Assembly (NCBI GenBank): GCA_963668645.2
Contig: CAXXWC010000016.1
Location: 1 to 27,756 of the forward strand
DNA: 27,756 nucleotides
Direction: 5' to 3'
From: Desulfobacterales bacterium
GTDB lineage: Bacteria; Desulfobacterota; Desulfobacteria; Desulfobacterales; UBA2174
The position numbers and the translations under genes were made by a program. Of this stretch, positions 9,604 through 19,158 are shown in pieces (positions within the stretch are counted from its first letter, which is position 1; each line of letters starts with the position of its first letter). The notes under the pieces are model-generated. The model was not told the DNA's origin. It did not search any database and saw only the letters and a list, made by a program, of their open reading frames with translations.

Positions 9604-10536
9604 CTACGCTTTCAGCATTGCTTTGCGCGCCCGCCACGCACTCCAGAGTCCCACGACCCCTTTGGGGGCAAATCGCGCCACAATAAGGGCCACCAGCCCG
9701 AAGGCCAGCACATGGTATTCACCGTAGGCCCGGATATATTCGGAAAGGAACTCCAGGCCGAAAGCGCCAATGACCGGTCCGAAAAAGGAGCCGAGCCCGC
9801 CGATGACCGTCATCGACAGGACCAGAAACTGCTGGTCCAGCGATGGGATCTGGGGCGTGATGAGCAGCAGGTAATGGCCGTAGAGGGCCCCGGCCATTCC
9901 GGCCAGGGCCGAAGAAACGGTGAAGGCCAGGACCCGCACCCGCACCACGTCGACCCCCAGGGCCGCAGCGGCCCGCTCGTCGTTTTGTACGGCGCGGAAA
10001 TTGAGCCCGATGTTGGCGTGGATCAAGCGGTGAACGACGGCCAGGGTGAGCAGGGCGGCCGCCAGGAAGATGTAAAAATAGACCAGCTTCGAATACTCGG
10101 CGATCAACCCGGGCACCTGCAATCCCATGGTGCCGCGGGTGATCTCGTATTCATTGTTGATGATGATGTGCAGGATTTCGGAAAACCCCAGGGTCGTCAG
10201 GGAAAGATAGATCCCACCCAGCTTGAGACACAGGATGCCCAATAGAAAACCGAAGAGCGCCGCCACCAGCGTTCCGGCTGCCACCCCGATCCAGGGGCTG
10301 ATCCCGGCCTTGGCTGCCAGGATTCCCGAAGCATAGGCCCCGATTCCGGCAAAGGCGGCATGGCCGAAGGAGACCTGACCGGTATAGCCGGCCAGCAGGT
10401 TCCAGGAGGCGGCCATCATGACGTAGAAAAGGGAGACGATCAGGATGCCCTGGTAATAGTCCCCCAGGGTCCAGGGCAGGGCCGCAAAAGCTGCCACGGC
10501 CGCCGTGATCCACCATCGTTTATCGATTGCCTTCAA
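9604..10536 (-). CDS. livM: HAAT-family ABC permease, LivM-like
   Basis: TTG start with GGAG. SWNLLAGYTGQVSFGHAAFAGIGAY, YLSLTTLGF, AVQNDERAAAALGV and IGGLGSFFGP. Confidence 0.92.
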   Translation of the reverse strand: MKAIDKRWWITAAVAAFAALPWTLGDYYQGILIVSLFYVMMAASWNLLAGYTGQVSFGHAAFAGIGAYASGILAAKAGISPWIGVAAGTLVAALFGFLLGILCLKLGGIYLSLTTLGFSEILHIIINNEYEITRGTMGLQVPGLIAEYSKLVYFYIFLAAALLTLAVVHRLIHANIGLNFRAVQNDERAAAALGVDVVRVRVLAFTVSSALAGMAGALYGHYLLLITPQIPSLDQQFLVLSMTVIGGLGSFFGPVIGAFGLEFLSEYIRAYGEYHVLAFGLVALIVARFAPKGVVGLWSAWRARKAMLKA

Positions 10537-10566
10537 TGGCCCACTCCATCAAAACGGCTGTCCGGG

Positions 10567-11424
10567 TTAGGCTTCGCTGCGGCCGAAAAGACCGGCGGGG
10601 CGGAAAAGCAGCACCAGGATCAGGATCAGGAACATGAACACGTGTTTGTAACCGGTAGAAACGTAGGCGGCCCCCAGGTTTTCCACCACCCCGAGGATCA
10701 GTCCGCCCAGGATGCATCCTCTCATGGAGCCCATCCCGCCGATGACCACGCAGACAAAGGCGGTCAGGGCAAGGGGGGTGCCGGCGGTGGGGGTGACGGG
10801 GAAAACCGGGGCCAGAATCACGCCTGCCGCGGCCGCCAGCGCGCAGCCGAGCCCGAAGCTGAACATGTTTAAACGGGTGGTGTCGATCCCATTGAGTTCG
10901 GCCATTTGACGGTCCTGGGAGGTGGCGCGGATCATGCGCCCGAACCAGGTCAGCTTGAGCATGGCGAAAAACAGGGCGATCACCACCACTCCGGCGGCCA
11001 GGGCCGCCAGGCGCTGGTTGCCGTAGTAGAACAGTCCCAAGACGTTGGTCGCCCCCTTGACCCATCCGGGAGGCTTGTTGGGATAGGGACCGAACACCAG
11101 CAGATAGGCGCTTTGCAGCACGATGGACAGGATGAAGGTCAGGATCAGCGAATACATGTCGTCGCCGTAGGTCGGGCGGATCAGGGTGTATTCGACCACC
11201 AGACCGAGTACGAAGACCGCCGCCAGGGCCAGGATCATGGCCACCAGCGGGTGCATCCCCATCGTGTGGGCGAACAGATAGGAAAAATACCCGGCCAGGA
11301 TGTAGAATTCACCGTGGGCGAAGTTGACCACGTTCATGATCCCGACCACCAGCGATACCCCAAGGGCCGTCAGGGCGTAAACGATCCCGATCACCAGTCC
11401 GTTGGTAAGGGCTAAAGCGAACAT
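10567..11424 (-). CDS. livH: HAAT-family ABC permease, LivH-like
   Basis: NGLVIGIVYALTALG, VVNFAHGEF, GRMIRATSQD and VIGGMGS. The ATG at 11424 follows AAGGGA; an alternative ATG is at 11445. Confidence 0.92.
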   Translation of the reverse strand: MFALALTNGLVIGIVYALTALGVSLVVGIMNVVNFAHGEFYILAGYFSYLFAHTMGMHPLVAMILALAAVFVLGLVVEYTLIRPTYGDDMYSLILTFILSIVLQSAYLLVFGPYPNKPPGWVKGATNVLGLFYYGNQRLAALAAGVVVIALFFAMLKLTWFGRMIRATSQDRQMAELNGIDTTRLNMFSFGLGCALAAAAGVILAPVFPVTPTAGTPLALTAFVCVVIGGMGSMRGCILGGLILGVVENLGAAYVSTGYKHVFMFLILILVLLFRPAGLFGRSEA

Positions 11425-11437
11425 ATACCATCCCTTG

Positions 11438-11482
11438 TCCCGCATGGCCGGGGGCGCGAAATAAGGCCCCGGACATGCGGGA
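11438..11482 (-). promoter_or_regulatory. Long intercistronic stem-loop between the binding-protein gene and the first permease gene
   Basis: TCCCGCATG (11438-11446) and CATGCGGGA (11474-11482) are perfect inverted repeats, extended inward by CCGGGG/CCCCGG. Confidence 0.6.
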
Positions 11483-11534
11483 AGAAAGGCAGGGAAGAAT
11501 AAAGGGCTACAGACCGAAAAAAACGATCAGGCCG

Positions 11535-12716
11535 TCAGCGCTTGAGTTTGCCGGTGGCCGCCTCGGCCGGGTAAAGCACGGTCTGGGCCTTGTCCTGCCA
11601 CTGGATCACCAGCATGGGCGGCATCCACTGGTGGTATTCCGGCCCACCCTTTTCCGTGCTGAACTTGGCCTTGCCCCGGGTGGTGAGCAGGTCGGTCTTT
11701 TCCAGGGCGTCGACGACTTTTTCTGCATCGATGCTGCCGGCACGGTTGATGGCGTCGGCGGCGATGAGGATCGAATCGTAGATCGAACGGGACTTGTAGT
11801 CCGTGGGCTGCTTGCCGAAGGCCTTGACGTAGTTTTCACGAAATTCGGCGGCCAGGGGGGTCAACTCCACTTTTTCGTGCATCGAGGAGACGAAGCACTC
11901 CAGATCTCCGTAGTCGCCCACGTTGGTCCAGTAGTCCGGCCAGAGGCTCGGCGGTCCGGCACCGTCCAGGACCACCGCCTTGGGGGTCAGGCCCACCTCG
12001 CCGGCCTGGGCCACGAAGTAGTGCAGGCCGGTGCCGTAGACATAGGCCAGCACCACGTCCGGGTCGAACTGCTTGATCTTGGTCAGCTCGGTGTAGTGGT
12101 CCTGGCTCTTGCGCTCGGTGACCAGCTGTTCGTAGGGCACCCCGGCCTCTTTGAGGGCCGCTTCGGTCAGCTGGGCGATGCCCAGGCCCCAGTCGGTGTT
12201 CTCGGCCACGATGTAGGCCTTCTTGAAGCCTGCGGCCTTGACCCACTTGCCGATGGTTTCGTTGACCACCCCGGAGTTGGACGGGCCGGCGCGGAACACG
12301 TAGCGGTAGTTCTTGGCGGTGATGGGGTCAGCCCAGGCCTCGACCACCACGAAGGGCACCTTGAGCCGGTTGGCCACCTCGATCTCGGCCAGGGCCGAGG
12401 ACGAATGGCTCTCGCCCAGCACCATGGCCACCTTGTCACGGGTTGCGAGCCGCTCGAAGCCCGAGGCCGCCTTGTCCGGGGCACCGGCGGTGTCCTCGAA
12501 TACGATTTCCAGGGGACGACCCAACACCCCGCCCTTGGCGTTGACCCAGGCCGTGGCCAATTGGATTCCCTCCTCGAAGGCCTTGCCCGTGGCCGCGGCC
12601 CCGCCGGTGCGCGGGCCCACCACGCCGATCTTGACCGGATCGGCCGCCAGGGCCGGGCCGGCGATCAGCACCGCCGCGACCATCGCCAATGTCATCCAGA
12701 ACAAGCTTTTTTTCAT
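11535..12716 (-). CDS. ABC substrate-binding protein, type I periplasmic (LivK/LivJ-like fold)
   Basis: Sec signal peptide MKKSLFW...PALA-ADP, followed by VKIGVVGPRTG, NAKGGVLGRPLE and YVFR. Strong AAGGAGG RBS. Confidence 0.93.
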   Translation of the reverse strand: MKKSLFWMTLAMVAAVLIAGPALAADPVKIGVVGPRTGGAAATGKAFEEGIQLATAWVNAKGGVLGRPLEIVFEDTAGAPDKAASGFERLATRDKVAMVLGESHSSSALAEIEVANRLKVPFVVVEAWADPITAKNYRYVFRAGPSNSGVVNETIGKWVKAAGFKKAYIVAENTDWGLGIAQLTEAALKEAGVPYEQLVTERKSQDHYTELTKIKQFDPDVVLAYVYGTGLHYFVAQAGEVGLTPKAVVLDGAGPPSLWPDYWTNVGDYGDLECFVSSMHEKVELTPLAAEFRENYVKAFGKQPTDYKSRSIYDSILIAADAINRAGSIDAEKVVDALEKTDLLTTRGKAKFSTEKGGPEYHQWMPPMLVIQWQDKAQTVLYPAEAATGKLKR

Positions 12717-12826
12717 ATGCCCCTCCTTAGTTGATTGTAGTGTGGTCGAAACCGGCAGTGCCTGCGGGTCGGGCCCAAGCCGATCCGCGGTTTGCCGTCA
12801 TGGCAAAAATTCGCTCCTGGGCCGTG

Positions 12827-14401
12827 TCAATACGGGTGGCGCGTCTGAGACTGCTCACGCATGAACTGGGCCACATAGTACGGCCCCAAAAAACCCTTGC
12901 CGCTGCCGCCGCTGCCCTTCCAGCCGCAGAAGGTGTTGACCCCCGGCCAGGCGCCGGTGGTGATCCCGGTGGGCCGGTTGATGTAGGTACAACCGGCCTC
13001 GATGTGGTCGAGAAAATACTCGATCTCGGTTTCGTCCTTCGAAAAGATCCCCGCCGTCAGGCCGTAGGGGATGTCGTTGGCCATCTCCAGGGCTTCTTCG
13101 ATGGTGCTGAAGGTATAGAAGTTGAGAAACGGCAGAAAGAGTTCGCGCTGGGTCAAGGGGTGGGCGTGGGGCAGGGCCGCGATCGCCGGTTCGACGAAGT
13201 GGCCGTGGCGAAGGTCCTCGCGCGTTTGGCGGATGTCACTGCCGCCGGTCAGAATCCGGCCGCCGTCCTGGCGGGCCAGATCCGCCGCCTCGAAGTAGCG
13301 CGCCACGGCGCTCTCGTCGATCACCGGGCCGATGAAGGTCGTCTTGTCGACCGGATCGCCGATGACGAGGTTTTGCACCGCAGCGACCAGCTTGGCCTGG
13401 AAGGCCTCGGCCACGTCCTGGTGAACGATGATCCGCGACAGTTCGCTGCACTTTTGGCCGCTGAGGCCGAAGCCCGATTTCCAGGTGGCCACCACGGCCT
13501 TGTCGATGTCGGCGCTGCGCCCGACGATTCCCGGGTTTTTGCCGCCCATCTCGGTGATGCACGGGCGCACCCACTTGCCGCCGGTGCCGAAGCGGCGGAT
13601 CAGGTCGGTGCCGACCTCGTAACTGCCTGTAAAGGCGATCCCCCTGGTGAGCGGGTGGCTCACCAGGGCCTCGCCCACCGCCTTGCCGCCGCCCTGGACC
13701 ATCTGGAGGACCCCTTCGGGGATCCCGCCATCGCGGAAGCATTCGAGCAGGTTCTGGGCCGACCAGGGGGTGGCCGAGGCGAGCTTGAATACCGCCGTGT
13801 TGCCGCTGATCAGAGCGGCGCTGATGGCTCCCACGGCAAGGGCCATGGGGTAGTTGAACGGCTCGATGACCACGAAGACCCCGTAGGGCTTCAAGATGCT
13901 CTTGGCATCCTCGCCGGGAGACAAAGATCCCATCTGGCGTACGTAGCCCTGGTTCTGCTCGAACTGGTCCACGTAGCAGGAGATCATGTCGACGCTTTCC
14001 TGGACCTCGCCCAGCGATTCGAGCCGGTTTTTGCCTACTTCCATCGCCATGATGGCTGCCAGCTCGAACTGGCGCCGGTGAATCTGCTCGGCGACCTGGC
14101 GCAAAAGGGTGGCGCGTTCGGCGTAGGGGCGCTTCCACCAAGCCAGCTGGCATTGGTGGGCCCTTTTCATGATCTCATCGATCTGGGCAACCGGGGTTTT
14201 TTCGTGGCGCGAAAGGACTACGCGCGTGTCGCTGGGGCTGCGGTTTTCCAGGACCCCGTCACCGGCGATGGGTCGGTAGCCGTCAAGGGCCGGGTAACTC
14301 TGGCCGAGGCGGGCGCGCACCGCCTGGACGGCCTCGTCGAATTGACGGTCGATTTCCGCCATGTTTTCCTGGGTCATGGAATAAGTAATCTTGAACGCCA
14401 T
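12827..14401 (-). CDS. Aldehyde dehydrogenase, 1-pyrroline-5-carboxylate dehydrogenase (RocA/ALDH4)-like
   Basis: PFNYP, FTGSYEVG, EMGGKN (catalytic Glu), FGLSGQKCS (catalytic Cys), ELFLP, YGLTAG and YINR...GWKGSG. AAGGAGG RBS. Confidence 0.92.
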   Translation of the reverse strand: MAFKITYSMTQENMAEIDRQFDEAVQAVRARLGQSYPALDGYRPIAGDGVLENRSPSDTRVVLSRHEKTPVAQIDEIMKRAHQCQLAWWKRPYAERATLLRQVAEQIHRRQFELAAIMAMEVGKNRLESLGEVQESVDMISCYVDQFEQNQGYVRQMGSLSPGEDAKSILKPYGVFVVIEPFNYPMALAVGAISAALISGNTAVFKLASATPWSAQNLLECFRDGGIPEGVLQMVQGGGKAVGEALVSHPLTRGIAFTGSYEVGTDLIRRFGTGGKWVRPCITEMGGKNPGIVGRSADIDKAVVATWKSGFGLSGQKCSELSRIIVHQDVAEAFQAKLVAAVQNLVIGDPVDKTTFIGPVIDESAVARYFEAADLARQDGGRILTGGSDIRQTREDLRHGHFVEPAIAALPHAHPLTQRELFLPFLNFYTFSTIEEALEMANDIPYGLTAGIFSKDETEIEYFLDHIEAGCTYINRPTGITTGAWPGVNTFCGWKGSGGSGKGFLGPYYVAQFMREQSQTRHPY

Positions 14402-14538
14402 GATTCCTCCTTTGGGCTAACCGATGGGTGGCGGTTGGACGCCGCCGCTGCAGCAATCCGGCCTGCGGCGGCGTTCCAGGGGCACAATTTCCGTGCCGCC
14501 GTTGATTTCAGCGGTGCCGTCGATTGCGCTGTTCGGGG

Positions 14539-15870
14539 TCAGGACGGCAGCACCTTGGCTACGGCCCGGGCCAGGGCGTCGACGATCTGTTCGAGTTCGG
14601 GGTCCGTGGCAATGAACGGCGGTCCCACCACCATGCCGTCGCCGTCACGGCCGGCCATACCGATGGACTTGTAAAGAAGCACGCCGTCGTCATAAAGCGC
14701 CTGCCAAACCCGTTCGGTCACCTGGTCGCGGCGGGCAAAGGGCCGGCGCGTCTCGCGGTCGGCCACCAGTTCGACCCCCCACATGTGGCCGATACCCCGG
14801 ATGTCGCCCACGCGGGGATGGCCGCCCAGCCGATCCTGGAGCATCCGGCCCAGGCGGGGCCCGTTTTGGGCTACCCGCTCGACCAGGTTTTCGGCTTCGA
14901 AGATGTCCAGTACGGCGTTGGCCGCCGCGCAGGCCACCTGGTGGTGCGAGTAGGTGCCGCCGTGGGCAAATCCGCCCGAGCCGCTGCGGATCGCTTCGTA
15001 GTGGCAACGCTGCACCCCTACGGCCGAAAGGGCCGCCGCCCCGCCGGAAAGCCCCTTGCCCATGGTGACCAGGTCCGGCACAACGTTGAAATGCTCCGAA
15101 GCGAACAGGCGCCCGGTGCGTCCCAGACCGCAAAACACCTCGTCGAGGATCAGCAGCACCCCGTAGCGGTCGCAGATTTCGCGGATGCGTTCGAAGTACC
15201 CCGGGGGCGGCACCGCGCAAGCGATGGTGGCCCCGGAGACCGTCTCGGCCACGAAGGCCGATACCGTGGCCGGTCCCAGGTCGAGGATCTTTTCTTCCAG
15301 GGCGTCGGCGCAGCGCAGATTGCAGGCGGGGTATTCGAGGCCGAAGCTGCAGCGGTAGCAGTAGGGCGGTGAAATATGATGGTTTTCCGGCAACATGGGG
15401 GCGAACGGTGCCCGGAAAGAAGTCCGGCCGGTCACCGCCAGGGCGCCCATGGTCAGACCGTGGTACGACTTCCAGCGTGAAATGGTCTGGTAACGCTGGG
15501 GCTCGCCGCGCTCCAGATGCACCTGGCGTGCCAGTTTGACGGCGGTTTCGACCGCCTCCGAGCCGGTGGCCATGAAGTAGAAACGCTCGATCCCCGCAGG
15601 CGCCTTAACCGCCAGGCGCCCGGCCAGCTTTTCCACCGGTGCACCGGTAAACATGGTCGGATGCACGTAGTCGCAACGCCGTACCTGCTCGACCATGGCA
15701 TGGGCGATCTCCTCGCGGCCGTGGCCCACATTGGTTACCAGCGGGCCGCCGGACCCGTCGAGGAACCGGTTGCCCTGGTCATCTGTAATCCAGACACCGC
15801 AGGCGCCGCTCGCCATGGCGAGCTGCCGGCCCAACTGCCGGCTGAACACCGCACCTGAAATGGACGCCAT
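14539..15870 (-). CDS. PLP-dependent class III (omega/beta-amino acid) aminotransferase
   Basis: ATG at 15870 with GAGGAG 7 nt upstream. FLDGSGG, GSEAVETAVKLARQ, SYHGLT, LILDEVFCGLGRTG, PDLVTMGKGLSGG (PLP Lys) and HGGTY. Confidence 0.95.
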   Translation of the reverse strand: MASISGAVFSRQLGRQLAMASGACGVWITDDQGNRFLDGSGGPLVTNVGHGREEIAHAMVEQVRRCDYVHPTMFTGAPVEKLAGRLAVKAPAGIERFYFMATGSEAVETAVKLARQVHLERGEPQRYQTISRWKSYHGLTMGALAVTGRTSFRAPFAPMLPENHHISPPYCYRCSFGLEYPACNLRCADALEEKILDLGPATVSAFVAETVSGATIACAVPPPGYFERIREICDRYGVLLILDEVFCGLGRTGRLFASEHFNVVPDLVTMGKGLSGGAAALSAVGVQRCHYEAIRSGSGGFAHGGTYSHHQVACAAANAVLDIFEAENLVERVAQNGPRLGRMLQDRLGGHPRVGDIRGIGHMWGVELVADRETRRPFARRDQVTERVWQALYDDGVLLYKSIGMAGRDGDGMVVGPPFIATDPELEQIVDALARAVAKVLPS

Positions 15871-15996
15871 CGCCATTCTCCTCATCATCGAAGTGTAAAA
15901 GAATTCGGACGCTTTGCGCCCCGCTCGCACAACAGGCCGCTGCCAGCCATGCACCGGGCTTCAGCTCCTGGTGGAGCGCCGAAACATCCAGGTAGA

Positions 15997-16012
15997 AGCA
16001 AGATGCGCGCCA
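15997..16012 (-). promoter_or_regulatory. Sigma54 -24/-12 promoter of the aminotransferase operon
   Basis: The minus strand reads TGGCGCGCATCTTGCT: GG-N10-GC, one mismatch to TGGCACG-N4-TTGCW. It lies next to a sigma54 activator gene. Confidence 0.85.
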
Positions 16013-16110
16013 CAAGTTCCGGATATCCGCCTGCCAAGGGGGATTTCAAGTGCCGGTTGCCCTGCCGGCTGGTGTCGGCCCATGCACTGGCCGAAGCGGT
16101 CCGGTGGATG

Positions 16111-16141
16111 TTGACTATTTTTGGGATTTTTTGGATAAAAT
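16111..16141 (+). promoter_or_regulatory. Probable sigma70 promoter of the activator gene, overlapping a 9-bp tandem repeat (candidate UAS 1)
   Basis: TTGACT at 16111-16116, then GATAAA (17-nt spacer) or TAAAAT (19-nt spacer). TTGGGATTT-TTTGGATAA lies at 16121-16138. Confidence 0.55.
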
Positions 16142-16175
16142 AGGCCTGCAAATGATCCTAAACGGAGACGACGTC

Positions 16176-18287
16176 ATGCCACCTGAGCGCAAACATCTGT
16201 TCATCTTCTCCCTCGACCGCCAGGTCAACGCCTTTCTTTGCAACATCGTCCATGGAATCATCGGCAGGCAGGTCACTATCACCGGGGCTAGCCTCGACGC
16301 GCCGCCCCTCTCCTTTGGCGGGGCCGACCTGATCCTGACCTCCGGCGAGCATCTGACCGCCGAGGCCCGCCGCCGTTTTCCGGGAATCCCCATCCTGGCC
16401 CCGGAGCGGATCGTCACCGGCTTTAACCTGGAAAAGGTGCTGATGCTGCCCAAAGGGACCCGGGTGCTGGTGGTCAACCATCCCCGGGAAGCCACCGAAG
16501 AGACCATTACCTCTCTCAAAAGCCTGGGCATCGGGCATCTGCGGTACATTCCATACTGGCAGGGCCGCGCCCTGTCGTCCGCTGAGGCGGCGGTGCCGCT
16601 GGCCATCTCGCCGGGGATGCGCCATCTGTGCCCGGACTCGGCACGCAGCCACATCGACATCGGCCCCCGGCTGATCAGCATGGCCAGCTTCTCTCGCCTG
16701 CTCGTGGCGCTGGATCTGGACCTGTCCTATCTGGAACGCTATGCCAACACCTACCATAGCTTTTTGATGGCCGCGAGCCGCAAGCTGGCCGACACCCTGG
16801 GCCATGCCGAACTGCTGGCCAAGCGCAACGAAGTGATCCTCAACGAATTCGACGAAGGGCTGGTGGTGATCAACGCCAAGGGGCGCATCGACCAGGCAAA
16901 CCGCGCCGCCTACCGGATTGTGGCGCCCGACGGCGGGCCATTACTGCACCAGCCATTGGAGAATCTGATGGCCGGATTCGAAAAAATCGCCGATCTCATC
17001 GAGCCGACTGACGAGGGCAAAAAGTCGGCCAGTATCCACCTGTGGCGCAACAAGCAGCTCATCGTCACCCGCATTCCGGTGGAAAGCGGCGGGGTGCGCA
17101 CCCACCTGCATATTTTTCGCGAGATCGCCGGTATCCAGCGCCTGGAAAAGAGCGTGCGCGTCAAGCTGGCACGCAAGGGGTATCTGACCAAGTACGACTT
17201 TACCGACATTTGGGGGCGCAGCGCCCTTTTGCAGGCCGCGGTGGAGACCGCCGCGCGTTTCGCGCGCACCGACAAGACGATCCTGATTACCGGCGAGAGC
17301 GGCACCGGCAAGGAGCTGTTCGCCCATGCGATCCACGCCAACAGCCTGCGCCGGGAGGGCCCTTTCGTGGCGGCCAATTTTGCCGGGCTGCCCGAAACCC
17401 TCATCGAAAGCGAGCTGTTCGGTTACGAGGAGGGAGCCTTTACCGGCGCTCTCAAGGGAGGCAAGGCCGGACTCTTCGAACAGGCCCACGGCGGCACCAT
17501 CTTTCTGGACGAGATCGGGGACGCCTCGCCCGGGGTCCAGTCACGGCTTTTGCGCGTCTTGCAGGAGCGCGAGCTGCTCCGGGTGGGCGGATCGAAGATC
17601 GTGCCCATCGACGTGCGGGTCATCGCCGCCACCAACACCGACCTGGGACGGGCCATGGAGGAGCGCCGCTTTCGCAAGGACCTCTACTACCGGCTGAGCA
17701 CCCTGCCGCTTGAGATTCCGCCGCTGCGGGCCCGGCCCGAGGATATATCCCATCTTTTCAACCGCTTTCAGGATAACCGCTATGCCATTCGCAAGCCCCT
17801 GACCCCTTTTGCCGAGGCTCGCCTGACCGGTTACAGCTGGCCGGGCAACGTCCGCGAACTGATCAATGCGGTGGACTTTGCCGCCATCGCTTCCGAGGGG
17901 CTGGCCGAGATTCGCATCGAACACCTGCCGCCGGCTTTGGGCCGTCGCTGGGGGACACTGGCCGAAGCCGAGGCCTGCCGACCGGCGAACCACCAGGCCT
18001 TGTGCCATCGATTGGAGGCCGCGCGGCTACCCCTGCCCCTGGCCCGGGCCGTGCTCGGCACGCTGGCCGCCGGCAAGCCCGGGGCCATCGGGCGCAACCG
18101 GCTGTGCCGGCTTCTGGGCGAACGGCGCATGCCGGTCACCGAAGGGGGGATGAAGCGTCTGATCCGCACGTTGCAGCGCGAAGGGCTGGTGGCGGTGGGC
18201 ACCACTAAGCAGGGAACCGCCATCACCGATGCGGGAGAAAGGTTTTTAGCCCTCCTGGCAGCCGGTGCCGCACCGGAATTGGGATAA
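16176..18287 (+). CDS. Sigma54-dependent enhancer-binding protein (N-terminal sensor, PAS-like, AAA+, C-terminal winged-helix-like domain)
   Basis: ATG at 16176 after [52 protein letters not shown] and WPGNVREL. The C-terminus (IGRNRL...LQREGLV...GTAITDAG) is not Fis-like. Confidence 0.95.
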   Translation: MPPERKHLFIFSLDRQVNAFLCNIVHGIIGRQVTITGASLDAPPLSFGGADLILTSGEHLTAEARRRFPGIPILAPERIVTGFNLEKVLMLPKGTRVLVVNHPREATEETITSLKSLGIGHLRYIPYWQGRALSSAEAAVPLAISPGMRHLCPDSARSHIDIGPRLISMASFSRLLVALDLDLSYLERYANTYHSFLMAASRKLADTLGHAELLAKRNEVILNEFDEGLVVINAKGRIDQANRAAYRIVAPDGGPLLHQPLENLMAGFEKIADLIEPTDEGKKSASIHLWRNKQLIVTRIPVESGGVRTHLHIFREIAGIQRLEKSVRVKLARKGYLTKYDFTDIWGRSALLQAAVETAARFARTDKTILITGESGTGKELFAHAIHANSLRREGPFVAANFAGLPETLIESELFGYEEGAFTGALKGGKAGLFEQAHGGTIFLDEIGDASPGVQSRLLRVLQERELLRVGGSKIVPIDVRVIAATNTDLGRAMEERRFRKDLYYRLSTLPLEIPPLRARPEDISHLFNRFQDNRYAIRKPLTPFAEARLTGYSWPGNVRELINAVDFAAIASEGLAEIRIEHLPPALGRRWGTLAEAEACRPANHQALCHRLEAARLPLPLARAVLGTLAAGKPGAIGRNRLCRLLGERRMPVTEGGMKRLIRTLQREGLVAVGTTKQGTAITDAGERFLALLAAGAAPELG

Positions 18288-18296
18288 TTGGGACAG
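18279..18296 (+). repeat. 9-bp tandem direct repeat (candidate UAS 2) overlapping the activator stop codon
   Basis: TTGGGATAA-TTGGGACAG, similar to 16121-16138. Confidence 0.6.
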
Positions 18297-18403
18297 GCAC
18301 GGTCCGCCGGGCACCTGCCCGGATATGCGTCTGGCGGGGGGCAGTGCCCGGCCTTTGCCAATGCCGCTTGAGACTTGCCGGTGGGCTCCGGTGCGGGATC
18401 GAA

Positions 18404-18419
18404 TGGCACAGATCATGCT
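18404..18419 (+). promoter_or_regulatory. Sigma54 -24/-12 promoter of the CoA-transferase operon
   Basis: TGGCACAGATCATGCT, with exact GG-N10-GC spacing, 70 nt before the ATG at 18490. Confidence 0.8.
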
Positions 18420-18489
18420 TCAATAGCGACCGAATCGTGCCGCAACCTGCGGACGGACTGGCAACCCCTACCTGTGAGGCGCTATCGAC

Positions 18490-19158
18490 ATGACTGTCAG
18501 CAACCAGAAGCACTGCTCGGCGCAAGAGGCCATCGGCCTGATCAACCCGGGCGACCGGATCATGGTGGGTAGCTTCGGCAATAGCGGCTATCCGGAACAA
18601 CTGGTCAATGCCGTGGCCGAAAGCGGCCTGAAGGATCTGACGATCATTTCCAACGATCTCGGTTCGCCCAATGTGGGCCTGGGCCGGTTTTTATACAACA
18701 ACCAGATCCGTGCCCTGATCGGCAACTACTACAACTGGAATCCCGAGGTGGCCGAAGCTTACAACGCCGGGCGCATTGAAGTGACCCTGGTGCCCCAGGG
18801 CACCTTTGCCGAAGCGATCCGGGCCGCCGGGGTGGGGATCCCGGCCTTTTTCACCCCCACCGGCGCTGGCACCGAACTGGCCCTGGGCAAGGAAACCCGG
18901 CAATTCGACGGCCGCGCCAACGTGCTGGAGCGTGCCATCCACGCCGACGTGGCGTTGGTCAAAGCGTTAAAGGCCGACACGCTGGGCAATCTGGTCTACT
19001 TTAAAACGGCGCGCAACTTCAACCCGCTCATGGCCATGGCGGCCCGGCTGACCATCGCCGAAGTCGATGAGATCGTTCCGGTGGGGGCCTTGGATCCCGA
19101 GTGCATCGTCACCCCGCATATCTTCGTCAATAAAATCGTCGTCAGGGAGGTCCCATGA
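18490..19158 (+). CDS. 3-oxoacid CoA-transferase subunit A (AtoD/ScoA/PcaI family)
   Basis: IMVGSFG..GYP, LTIISND, PQGTFAEAIRAAGVGIPAFFTPTG, TARNFNP and IVTPHIFV. Confidence 0.95.
   Translation: MTVSNQKHCSAQEAIGLINPGDRIMVGSFGNSGYPEQLVNAVAESGLKDLTIISNDLGSPNVGLGRFLYNNQIRALIGNYYNWNPEVAEAYNAGRIEVTLVPQGTFAEAIRAAGVGIPAFFTPTGAGTELALGKETRQFDGRANVLERAIHADVALVKALKADTLGNLVYFKTARNFNPLMAMAARLTIAEVDEIVPVGALDPECIVTPHIFVNKIVVREVP

Noticed and set aside
11475..12734. 419-aa ORF on the + strand
   Set aside because: It is the shadow of the substrate-binding protein gene.
12731..14674. 647-aa ORF on the + strand
   Set aside because: It is the antisense shadow of the ALDH gene. It has no recognisable motifs, and long antisense ORFs are expected with high-GC codon usage.
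14539..15870. Aminotransferase as HemL or as 5-aminolevulinate-related because hemA is nearby
   Set aside because: It has general omega-aminotransferase features (SYHGLT, PPYCYRC) rather than a recognisable HemL pattern, and it sits in a separate sigma54 operon several kb from hemA.
15927..15946. Second TGGCA-like sigma54 box on the minus strand
   Set aside because: The GC is not 10 nt from the GG, and sigma54 spacing is strict.
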